Source of the DNA: Cycas panzhihuaensis
Taxonomy: Eukaryota; Plantae; Cycadophyta
Length of the DNA: 64,000 nucleotides
Direction: 5' to 3'
NCBI GenBank assembly: GCA_023213395.1
Contig: CM041465.1
Location: 124,565,741-124,629,740 of the forward strand
Numbering within the stretch: the stretch's first letter is position 1; the number at the start of each line of letters is the position of its first letter. Positions 48,849 to 61,100 of the stretch are shown here, piece by piece. The position numbers and the translations under genes are program-made. The notes beneath the pieces are model-generated. The model ran no database searches and had not been told where the DNA came from. It saw only the letters and a list, made by a program, of their open reading frames with translations.

Positions 48849-50487
48849 GTATAACAGTTTGTATTCTAACTTCCTCTAGAACCTTCTCTTAAAACCCTAC
48901 TACCATGTCTCTTTTTTGCAATTGTTTAGGTACTTATTTGTAAAGGACATGGTTCCCAATAGGTTGGGCCTCTATTGATGGAAATGCAAGATTGAAAGAA
49001 AACATGGGGCAATAACATGGTATTCAAAGACAACTTGCATATTAAGAACTAAGATCCTCTCAAACATAATTAATGAAAACTAAAACAATCTTAGATAGTG
49101 TCTTAATGACAAGACAATATAAATAAGAGCAAAAGAGTACAAATAAATCATAATAAATACAAATAATGGAAGATAGAAAGAACTTGAACTGTTACTCCTT
49201 AGAAATGTGATTTACGGATAAAGATTTGAGATAGATGTTATTGACAAGATTATCGATGGCTTTGCCATGGATGATAGAAAGATGATATGTACCATTACAA
49301 ATAACCTCAATTACTACTGTTAGAAGTATTAATGTAATCTTTATGTTCTTTTTAAAGTTTATGTTTAAGTCACATGTCTAAATGTGTATTTAAGTTATTA
49401 TAATGTTTAAACTTTAAAGTTTTTTAATTTCTTTTTTTATTTTGATTTAAATAAAACGATACCCCCCCTTCCCTTGTTATATTTTGATTTAATATAAATC
49501 AATACCCCCCCCGCCTCCTCTATACTTTATTAATAATCAAAACTTTATTACATTTTAAATTTAAATCAATTCACCTTCCCTTAACTATATTCTCTATTAT
49601 TAAATCTAACCCCCTCTTAATATTACATATATTTATATATATATACTTTTTAAAGCCTAATCAACTTAGGCTAAATCAATATTCTCTATATATTTTAATT
49701 TCCCTCCCTTATTATAAAATAATACACTTTTTTTTTTTTTTTTTTTTTTAATTATTATATCAAACCCTTTTTTTATTATATTTATTATAATCACCCTCCC
49801 TAACTACATTTCTTTTAATACCAAATCAGTCCCCTTTATAACTTCATTTAATGTTGATATAAACCTTCCTTTAATCTCCTCCCTATATTAATCTCCCTCT
49901 ATTTTAACATTAAAAACAATGTATCTTCCCATTACAAAATACCTCTTTAATATATTAATATCTTTTTTAATTAAATTTTCATTTTTAATCAATAAAAACT
50001 CTTTATAACCCCCATTAAATATTTGGATATTTAATCTCTTTCAACATTAGAGTTATGTTCTAATCAATAAAATTTTCTTTAATTTAATTTACTTGATAAT
50101 CAATAAATTTTTTTTAGCAAACATTTATTTTTTAAGGGGAACTTTTTTATTAGGACTGTTTTAATCAAGGGGGACTTTTTATTTCTTTAAGGATTTGTTT
50201 ATTTTTTCAGAATAAGGGCAACTAATTTGTTTGTCAAAGGGGGACTATTTATCAAAGAGGATTGTTTATCAAAGGGGACTATTTCTTAAGGAGGATATTT
50301 GTTTAAGAACATGCCATTATTTATTTAAGGGAAAAGCAAGTAAATATATATTACAATTCTTTCTTTTTCATTTTTTAAAAAATTATGCCTGTTAAATTAA
50401 TCTAATAATTAGTACTTTTAGAAAGTGATTATTTTTTCGACCACCTTCATATTATTCAATCTTCAATCAAACCTCATAACTCCCAAT

Positions 50488-53400
50488 ATGACATTAATGC
50501 CAGGGACAACCACTTGTGTTCTAATTCCAGTATTAACTGGCTCAAACTATGCCGATTGGAGGAATCACATATCTCATCAGTTCAAACAATAAAAGATATG
50601 GCGATATGTGACAGGTGAATTTAAGAAACCAAAAGAAGATGCTACAGGGAGTTATATGGTATATCTGATGAACTCAGATGCAGCCTTAGGCACCATATTA
50701 AATTCACTCTCACAAGAAATCAGTCAGCAATTTTTTGAAACAGATGACTTGGCCACTGTCTGGGAAACCTTGCAAGAAAAATATGACAAGGTTGATACAC
50801 ATCAAGTAGCTGTCCTAGAACAGCAATTGTATAACCTTACTTTTGACGATTTTTTTAATGTTGAGGATTTTTTAAGTAAAATTTAATTAATTAATAAAGA
50901 TTTAAGAAATTGCATTAAATATAAAACTAAAGAAGATGATACTGAGAAAATAATCACGCATATTAAAGACGATGATAGACTAGTACGTCTTGCAGTAAAC
51001 AAATTACCAAAATATTTTAATCTCTATAAAACTGCTAGACAACAAGCTGGCAACCCACCTATAACATTCAATCAGTTGATAAACTAGCTGATTGAATATT
51101 AAATTATGTTAATTCAAACAAGCGCATTAAAAGATCCTTCACATGCTTTATTTTCTAAAACTAAGCCACAATTTAAAAACAACCAACAGAATAATTTTCA
51201 TAATAATCTAAAATTTTAGAAACCTCATAGAGCTTCACCATCTAATTCATAAAATAATGTTAAGTATTCTAGTCCAACTAAACACCATAATACTTCTAAT
51301 TAGTTCTTTCATAATAGGAATAATGTAACTTCTTCTTAGAACACTAGTTGTACCTATTGTCATAAAAAAAGCCACACTATTGATGTCTGCAGAAGTAGAA
51401 TAGCTTCAGAAGCATGGAAAGCTTCCAAGGGATTGCAAAATCGACCTCAATCCCATTCTCAATCACAACCCCAAAATCGATAAACTCATATTCGCTCTTT
51501 AGCAGCAATAACTTCTGCATTTATTGCCCCTATAAATTATCCACTACAGTGGATCCTTGACTTCGGTGCATCCCATCACATGAATGAACACTAGAAAAAT
51601 TTAAACACTTATCAATCTGAAACGAACTCTGAAGAAGAGATTTCTTTCGGAAGTGGTAATCAACTTAAAGTCAAAGGATCAGGTGATGTTATCTTAAAAG
51701 ATGGTTCAATCAAAGACGTCTTTTACGTACCTGGTCTGTCACTAAACATACTCTCTGTCTATCAAATCTGCTAGAAAGACCTTATCGTCAAATTCTGGAA
51801 AAATAAATTTATCATTAAGGAACTGTTAAACAAATTCATACATATTGCCTCAGGACCTGTTGATTATAACACAGGTCTCTATAGTCTAATAAGTCTAAAA
51901 AATAACAAATCAAAATCTTTTAGTGCCTTTATTACCAAATCTGACTCAGTCAACAAACTTTGGCATGCACGATTTAACCATACAAGTTATTGCAAACTGC
52001 AATATTTAAAGAAGCATGAAATGGTTCATGGTCTACCACCCTTGAACATTGTTTATGGTGTTTGTGAAGCCTGTGTGACAGGTAAACAATGCATGGATCC
52101 ATTTCCACATAAAACTCAATTCAGAGCAACATTTCCACTTGAACTTGTTCACTCTGACATATGTGGACCCTTTCATGTAACATCATTCTCAGGTTCTCAT
52201 TATTTTGTTACATTTATAGATGATTATTCAATAAAATGTTGGGTTTACATGCTCAAAACACGTAGTCAAGTGTTTGACATTTTTGTTGAATATAAAACGT
52301 TAGTTGAAAATCAATCAAATTCAAAAATTAAAATATTTCAATCTGATAATGCTAAGGAATATTTAAGTGGAAAATTTATTTCTTTCTGCAAATCACATGG
52401 AATTCGATTTCAATATTCCGTTGCATACACACCTCAACAAAACGGTGTTGCTGAACGCAAAAATCGTACTCTTGTTGAGATGACTCGTTGCATGTTACAT
52501 GCAAAGAATCTAGATATAAAATTATGGGAAGAAGCAATTAACTGCTCTAACTATTTATTAAATCATTTACCTAGTAAATGTCTATAGAACGTTACTCCAG
52601 AACAAAAATAGTCTGGAAGAAAACCATATATCAATCATTTACAAATCTTTGGCACTATTGCGTGGGGATACATCCCTCACAAAAAATAAAAAAAATTAGA
52701 CCCAAAAAGTTAAAAATACATCTTCATTGGATACAACGAAGAGAGTAAAGCTTATAGACTCTTAGATCCAGTCACGAATCAAATTTCTATTTTGTGTGAC
52801 GTAATATTTGATGAAGAAGGATCTTCTTTAACATCTACTTATGTAGAACTTCTTGTTAAAAGTTTGTTAACCAATACCTATTTGGTTGACCCATCTGACA
52901 AACAAGCTAATCTAGAAGTTATAGAATCTTTATCAACTCAAGTCCAAAATTAGACTCTAACCAAACCTACTAAAATAGATCCTTCTCTTCAAGCTAGTTC
53001 ATCAAATCAATCTGCATCTTTAGAAACAGTTACTCATATGCAACCTGTTTGGGTAACGAAAATGCTTGCTGATGCTAGATCTGATGTAAGTAATCCTACC
53101 GATATCAGATGCACATGTGCTCAAAAACTACATGCTAATTTTGCCTTAATGGCAAAAATAATGGATAACAATGATCCTAGAACATTTAAATAAGCTAGCA
53201 ACAATTATGTATGGCAAGACGCTATGCAGACTGAATTTGATACTTTAATTAAAAATTTAACTTGAGATCTTGTTCCTCTCCCACCTGGGAAAAATGCAGT
53301 CGACTGTAAATGGGTCTACAAGACAAAATATAACTCAACAGGCACAGTTGAAAAATATAAAGCTCACCTTGTTGCAAAAGGCTTTTCACAAATAGATGGC

Positions 53401-54718
53401 ATTGATTATAATGAAACCTTTGCCCGAGTTGCAAAAATGAATACAATCAAAATAATTATTGCTCTAGCAGCCAAATTTAGTTAGAAAATCCACCAAATGG
53501 ATATTAAGAGTGCTTTCTTGAATGATAATCTCAAAGAAGAAATCTATATATTCCAGCCACCTAGATTTATTAAAAATCCTAATTTAGTTGACAAACTTAA
53601 GAAATTAATTTATGGTTTAAAATAAGCTCATCGAGCTTGGTATACCAAAGTCGATGATTATTTAATTCACATTGGATATAATAGATATATTAGTGATCAA
53701 AATCTTTATTTTAAATGTAAAAATGAAAATCTTACTATTCTAATCCTCTATGTTGATGACATTATCATTACTAGATCATCAACTCATAATATTCATCATT
53801 TAAAAATCTACTTTAATGAACAATTTCGAAATGACCGATTTAGGTCTATTATATTACTTTCTTAGTCTACAAGTTTATCAACATCATTCAAATATAACTA
53901 TGTCTCAACCTAAGTATATTCTAGACTTAATTCAGCGGTTTAACATGGAAAATACTAAACCCATATCTAATTCGTTACAATCAGGAGTCAAACTATCTAC
54001 TGATTGACCATCACTTTTATGTGATCCTACACTATATAGATAACTAATTAGTAGTCTTATCTATCTAACTCACACCCACCCTGACATTTTCTATGCTGTC
54101 ACTTTATGTTCTTGTTATATGCAATAGCCACATGAATCTTATTGAAAAGCAGCTAAACGTATCTTACGTTATGTAAAACATACTGTATTTTATGGTTTAA
54201 CTTATAATTTTTGTAATAAACCTCTAACTTTAACTGGATATACTGATTTTGATTGGGCAAGTGATATAAATGATCACAAATCTACTTTAGGTTTTATATT
54301 TTTTATAGATTCCTCACCTATTACTTAGTCTCGTAAGAAAATGTAGGCACTTACTTTATCCACAACTGAAGTAGAATATTGTGCACTTGTTGAAGCTGGT
54401 AAAGAAGCACTTTGGCTCAAATCTTTACTAAATGAAATTGGTCTATCTCTAAACTCTTCCATTGAACTTAAAGTTGATAATTAAGGTGTAATTGCTATAG
54501 CTACAAATCCAGTTTCACATTCTAGGACTAAGCATATTGAATTACATCAGTATTTTATTCGCAATCTAGTTACTAATAATCTTATTTCTTTGTTTTATTA
54601 TCTAACAGATCTACAGATTGCTGACATTCTTACGAAGTCTTTAACTGAAGTAAAGTTTCTAAATCTCAAAGATCTGTTGCAGATAAAAGAAGTCTCCACC
54701 AAAGGGGGATCACCATAA
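50488..54718 (+). pseudogene. Copia gag-pol of element C, disrupted
   Basis: Gag ORF 50608-50886, CTYCHKKSH knuckle, WILDFGASHHM, integrase ORF 52021-52587 (HSDICGP, FIDDYS, YTPQQNGVAERKNRTL), YVDDII and ADILTKSL. Confidence 0.93.
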
Positions 54719-54765
54719 TGAAGACGTTTTTTTTCTACAGCATAAAAGTTTACATTAAAGGGGGA

Positions 54766-55215
54766 TGTTAGAAGTATTAATATAATCTTTATGTTCTTTT
54801 TAAAGTTTATATTTAAGTCATATGTCTAAATGTGTATTTATGTTATCATAATGTTTAAACTTTAATGTTTATTAATTTATCTTATGTGAAAGGTGGTTGA
54901 AATGAGGAACTGCATTTCAACAAGCCTTTCTTTATATAAATTCATCTCCTAGATTCAAAGAGATGGTTCTGAGAATCTAGGAGGGTTGTCTAAATGCCTT
55001 TTACAAGGTTGGTTTAGGTGTTAGGTGGTTTATGTGTTTGGTTTCTTGTTTCTCACTTTGCTTAATAAAACTACAAATTTAGGAGGTGGTTTTTCTTCCC
55101 CAGAAGGGGTTTTCCACCTGTCAAACTGGTGTACGTATGTAGTATTATCTTGTTACCTGTGTTTCCTTGTTTTATGATTCTGTGATTACATTGTACATGT
55201 GCCCTTCTTTATACA
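54766..55215 (+). repeat. 3' LTR of element C (450 bp)
   Basis: TGTTAG...TATACA between the PPT and the TSD. Its first ~115 bp are repeated at 49318. Confidence 0.9.
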
Positions 55216-58184
55216 ACTACCAAAGGGTCACGTTAACAAAAATAAAATTTATAAAGGTAAATTTATTATTAAGTTAACTCAAAAGAAGAATGAGGTAACT
55301 TGGGTGAAAAGAACAAAGATAAATTATTTGATTACATATTAAATTAACTTACATTTTAATATCTTCTAAGCTATTTGAGCCATGGAAGCAACCTTCATTA
55401 AGGTTTTCTAAGTTAATGAGGCAAGTTTCAAAGGCTATGGTATTCAAAATATGGATGTAGATATCTAGATTAAGGGAAGAAATTTTAGTTCCAATGGGAA
55501 TTTAAGATTCTTAACCATAAATAAAAGGAAATATAATAAATCCATTAGGGGTCATGACAATGGCTCAATTGAGATATAAGGACAGATAAATTTGACAATG
55601 CAAATCAATTTTATATTTATCAATGACGATGTGAAATGCAAGGTAGACATAAGTAGTATTTTTGGTGATGGAGGTATAAATGTTGAATATGCTATGATAT
55701 AGACATAAGACATAAGAATAATTGGTCATGAAAAGAGGTAGAGATGACAAGGAAGTCAATGGTATAAATGAACATAATGAATATGGGCATTTTAGAAATA
55801 GAGTCATGGAGTGTTAACATAATGGGAATTAAGGGTATTATAATAAATGTGATGATCTTGAAATGCAAGTAGCGATGGTGTAGATGGTAGTAAAAGAAAT
55901 AATGTTGGGAGGTTAGCCTTGATTAGAGGTTGTAAGAGAGTTAAATTCAAGAACAAGACTAACTTGGATATAATAAAGGGTGTTAAAACTGATATCTATA
56001 AGGACTAAACAAAATGATAACTATTTGGTAATAAAAAGTAATATGGTAGTTGATAGTTAGGTGTTGCTAATATTAGTAGTAAGAATAAACTTATGGGGAA
56101 TAATAGTGCTAAGTAGGATGGGATGGTATTATTTTAAGGCATATACTTAGGTATATATAGTTACCTTGTAATCTTATGTGGCAATTAGGGAGTCAATGAA
56201 CCATCTCATGGTAAGATTTCCATAAATATAAATTAAATAATTTACATAAACTTTGCACCAATTACATGCATACATATACATAAAAGTTATAGGAGATTAC
56301 CTAAGAGCCATCAAAGTACAGAAATCATTTTCATGTGTAATAAAGGCTTAAAATTTGTTAAGGAACTCCTCACAATAGATGTCTCTAGAGTAGATGGATT
56401 AATATAAGAGAATGAGAAACCAACACATAGTTCTAAGGCCTATTCAACAAAGAAGGACACATATCTAGAGGTTATATTATATGTAGATATTATCTATTAT
56501 TATATGGCAAAGTTAGTTACTTGAGATTTGATGGCTTGTGACAGTGCATTAGTAAAATTAATTATATTCAAAGATATGATAATAGATAATATGTTTGTAT
56601 TGGATAATATGCCTAATGTAACATTACAAGAACATGCATGCTAGAAAAGTATATGAGGAGTATTATGATGACTCTAATTACATATCAATTTAATAATCTC
56701 AAAATTTACAAAAATAAAGAGGATGATTACTATATAAGCAATGTAATATTTTATGTTTGAGAAGACCAAGCTACTTTATAAATGATAAATACTACTACAA
56801 CCAAAGCACCTTTGGAGGGTGAAGGTGGACCTTCAAATACAAAGTTAGTAAGAAATACCATGAAGGGGAGAAAGAGGAAAAATCCACCAATAAGACATTA
56901 AAGAAGGGAAGGGAAAGAGAAAGTAGAAGAAACTTACTTGAACTCCTTTCACACAGGCAATTTCTTAACAAAAAATAATATGGGTCTATTTGAAAGAGGA
57001 AAAAGGTTGATAGTAATGATGAAAGATATAAATTATGAACCATCTCCTTCTCCTTCCAAATTAACAAATAAGTAGCACTCTCCTATTAGACTAGGGCCAA
57101 GACCCATCACAAAGGTGATATCATTTCAATTATTCTTAGAGAGAAGGGAATTTATATAAATATTAAGGGAGGATGGATATTCATAGGAGGAGTTAAATTT
57201 AGCCTCCTTTGAACAAGCAAAATCACCTAAGGGTATCAAAATTCTAGTAGAAATTAAAGTGAATAAAGAAACGACAATCCTCACAAAAACTTAAGAAAAG
57301 AAGGTTAACGAGTCATCTCTTTAATAATAACATAGTCATCACTCTCAAGAACATGAATAGGAAGAATAGAGGTAGATTGTGGATTGAATGTCAAGGGAAG
57401 ATAATGAAACACCTTCATAACTAGGTAAAGAAGTGATAATCAACCTATAGTTTAACCCTTAATTTGTTGAATGAATGAAGGACATGTAATTAACATTAAC
57501 TCCTATGTAATTGTTAGTGTTTGATAAGGTCATTGAAGAAAACTTTTATCCATGGGAGAAGTAAGTCACAAGTATAAAGAAAGCCATTGTTAATGGAAAA
57601 AAGAAAATCAAAATAGTTTTATGGTTAACGAAAGATGACATAATAGTAGAATTTGCAGACTTGTACTTGGGTATTAGGCAGTTAGTAAAGGATAATGTAT
57701 TTACTCTATAATCTTAATTATAATAGATAATCCAAGAAAATGAAGCCTTGAGAGTAGAGAACTCAACTCTAAGTTTGAAGTTAGACCAGTTCAGGGACAC
57801 ATAGCAAGGGGTTATGAGACAAGTACTTAGAGAAAGGATTAAGTTAGAAATGGACATGATAATCAAGACCTTAATAGTTGCTACAAGAGTTTTATAATTA
57901 GCCAAAACCTATTCAGATAAGATCTTTAAGGAGGACGAATTCATGAGACCTCATTTATGGAGAATTTTTGCTAATTTTCTTCTTATACAAGAAAATCTAA
58001 AGACTAGAAAACATGGCTATCAAAATAAAAGCAACATATACTATATAATTGAATCAATAAAAAATATTCTTATAACTCAAAATTAATGTTGTTGAGGAAT
58101 AAACCAATAATAACATAATTCACAAGCCATTCATTCATAAATAGTAACATATTTTGGAAGTAGGGATAGATAGAGGTATAATAG

Positions 58185-61100
58185 TGGTAGGAAATGCTAA
58201 GGACCTAGAGGCTGCCTTAAATAATTATGTGGTGGAAATATTTCTATCATCCTATCTCTAAATTCAACTATATTGCAAGAGGGAAAAATCATGTATAACT
58301 AGGAATTCTTGACAATTGATAGAAGAATCAATGTTTATTTCATTAATTCATTAATCTTTGTACTATTAATGTTAATGATATAAATATTTGTTATGAGGGC
58401 TTCATTACATATAAATAGGTTAGTTCACAACTTAATGTTGTGAACCTAGTAATGTGGGGTATTATTTTATCCTCATATAAAGGTGTCATAGATTACTAAA
58501 ATAATGTAAGGTATATTTGACATCTTTGCATGTCTTTTTGATTCACCTTCCATATTTTGTAACTGCCTCCATTTTGTCTTATGTGCGAGGTATTCTCAAT
58601 ACTATAGTGGGGTAATTTTTCATGAATGATGAATGGAATACATACTTTTGATTTAGAGCATTCAAGATCAATTCTTATGCTTTCACTTTAATATTTTATC
58701 TTTATTTTTATTTTTCCAATTGAAAGACTATTAATGAGGATGTTGTGAGTCTTGAACTTGGGTTCCAAACTAGGCAGATATCCATTCTCTATCACTTGGT
58801 ATCAGAGCTCATCTTTGCCAAGTTTGTTGATCTACCTTCATTAGATCTTTTCTTAAATTATTCTCTCTAGTGTAGCACCTAATGGTTGTATTCTGATTTT
58901 TGAATAATATTTGAAAGAGTGACAGATCTATTGGTTGCTCTCTTAGTTAATTTATTAGTTAGAATTTAAAGAGTATTATTCTAAAATTTGAAGATCTATA
59001 GCCTACATTCTTAAAGAATTATGCCTAATTACTTGATCATTGATCTCCATGCTACTTCATACTGTGAATAAGTAAATTATTAACTTTTTTAAAGATATAA
59101 ACTTAATAAAATATATGAGAGGCTATTTTTGAGTTGTATATTGTTGGACATCCTCTGTTTGGTTTATTTTACCATTGTTATTGGATGTTTGGCCTCTATT
59201 TGATGTACACTTATACAAATATTGGTTGTTGAGCCATATTATGATAGTTTTATATAGAGGCAGCTCTCGTTGGCCTTTAGTACATTATATATTACCTCTT
59301 ATTTAGTTGTGTTGGCCTACGTTCATTACTAGTTCTCTCTCCCATTGGTTTATACATTTGAGATAATTAAGAATACTATATTTGGCATGTATTCATTAAT
59401 GACTCTCTCTCCTCTTAGTTTATGCATCTCACCCTATAAATAACTGGTTATTTACCACACTGCATGGCATTTTGAGGTTGTTGTTAGTCTTTGTACCTGA
59501 TTGGGAGCCTCGTGTGACCTTTGGTAGCCTTTCAAAGATTAATTTTAAAATTATGTAGTGATCTATTGATGAATTCTAGCATTACATTCACTATCTATGC
59601 CTTGCATGACACTTTACTATAGAATTTTTAATATTGCATGATTCTATTTTGAAGCTGCAATTTGATTTTTTCATCTTCAATTGTCCCACATTGTAACATA
59701 TTATTTATACTCTATAGCTGATGTCATTTAAGGCATTTTGTTATTTGGATAAGGTAAATATTGATTGAGAGATAGTTTAATATTAATTCATGACATAAGG
59801 AGTAATCATACAAAATTATTCATGCTCTATTTCATCATTTTTTAAATTATTATGAGGACTAAGAGTTGTCTACTAACTTCAATTGATTCTTGCAAACTAT
59901 TGGATGGACATAAGTGTAGCATATGACCACTTAAATTAATCCTAGTTGAGTTTTCCTTATAATAGAGAAGATAGATTGAGAATTCATTAATTCAACAGAG
60001 AGAATTTGGCCTCTGTATTCTAATTACTACCTTATTTTTTCATAATCCCATTACCTGAATTTAATTTTTATATAGTTTAAAAAACTTTAAGTCATATAAT
60101 TTGGTATATCCTTAGAATATTCTATTCTTAATATATTTCATAACCTAAAGTTACCTTTTTAATATATTTTAAATCATTTTAAAAGCTTTTTAAGTCTTTT
60201 TAAATATGTTTTTAGGTAGTTTTTTTAGTTTTTAAAAGTTCTTTCTATTTTTCTATTTAAAAATATTAAAATAATTTTATTAATTACTAAATTGAAAAAA
60301 AACCAATAAAAAATATAAAAAAGATAAAGATCAAAAGAACCACCTAATTACCAACCTTGTAATGGGAATGGTTAGGACCCCTAAGTTACCATTCTGTATA
60401 CACTATCAGTCCTTCTTAAATTCTATAGATATTATAGAGGCCCTTTAGTTACCATGTGAAATAAGTGGCAGGTTAAGGTATTATACCCAAAATGTTAGAG
60501 TTTGGAGATTAGGCTAGACCTTTAGAGGGTGAGTGCCTTGGTTGGAAGAGTTCCCTTAGATGAGAATCTATCGTTTAGGCTATAAATCTAGTGTAGGTGG
60601 GTCAACGGTGTTGGGGAGGGTGACTAAGCCTTTTGTAGTGATCATATACCTTTAGGTATATTGGGTCCTCAAGTTGCCACTTATGAGTAGGTATGCGATC
60701 AGACAAGACCATCTCAACTACTAAAGGCTACCTATGAGTGGAGACACTGAGACTTACATCTAGTTTAGATCACCCCATTAGGTAGAATATGATACATAAT
60801 AAACATTATGGCACTTAAGATGATCACAACTAATACCATTAAACTATTTAGCAGTGATAACTTCTTGGCTTAGAAGAAACAAGTCAAGAATATTTTGATC
60901 ATAAACAAACTTTAGCCTTATGTTTCTAGAAAAATTCCTCATCCAATTCCTACCTAAGATCCTAATGATCTTGATAACATTATTCTACTCGATCTTATTG
61001 AGGTAGCTACCTTTGTCAAGTTTGATGAAGTTGCTATTTTCTTTCTTCACTTGTTTTATGAGGATAATATTGACTAGAATATAGAGCAAGCCACTACCTC

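Larger units (their letters stand above)
49318..55215 (+). mobile_element. Ty1/copia LTR retrotransposon 'C' (related to A) with truncated 5' LTR
   Basis: Perfect TSD ACTAC (49313-49317 / 55216-55220). 3' LTR 54766-55215; the 5' LTR matches only over 49318-~49432. PPT AAAGGGGGA at 54757-54765. No PBS found. Confidence 0.93.
48900..57900 (-). mobile_element. Very old L1 ORF2 remnant, split by copia C
   Basis: Minus-strand traces in L1 order: *SNRR (~57080-57095, cf. TWSNRR), LIP (~55822-55832), F*PII (~55715-55735, cf. FRPIS), and *RDPL across C's insertion point (cf. QGDPL). Confidence 0.4.
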
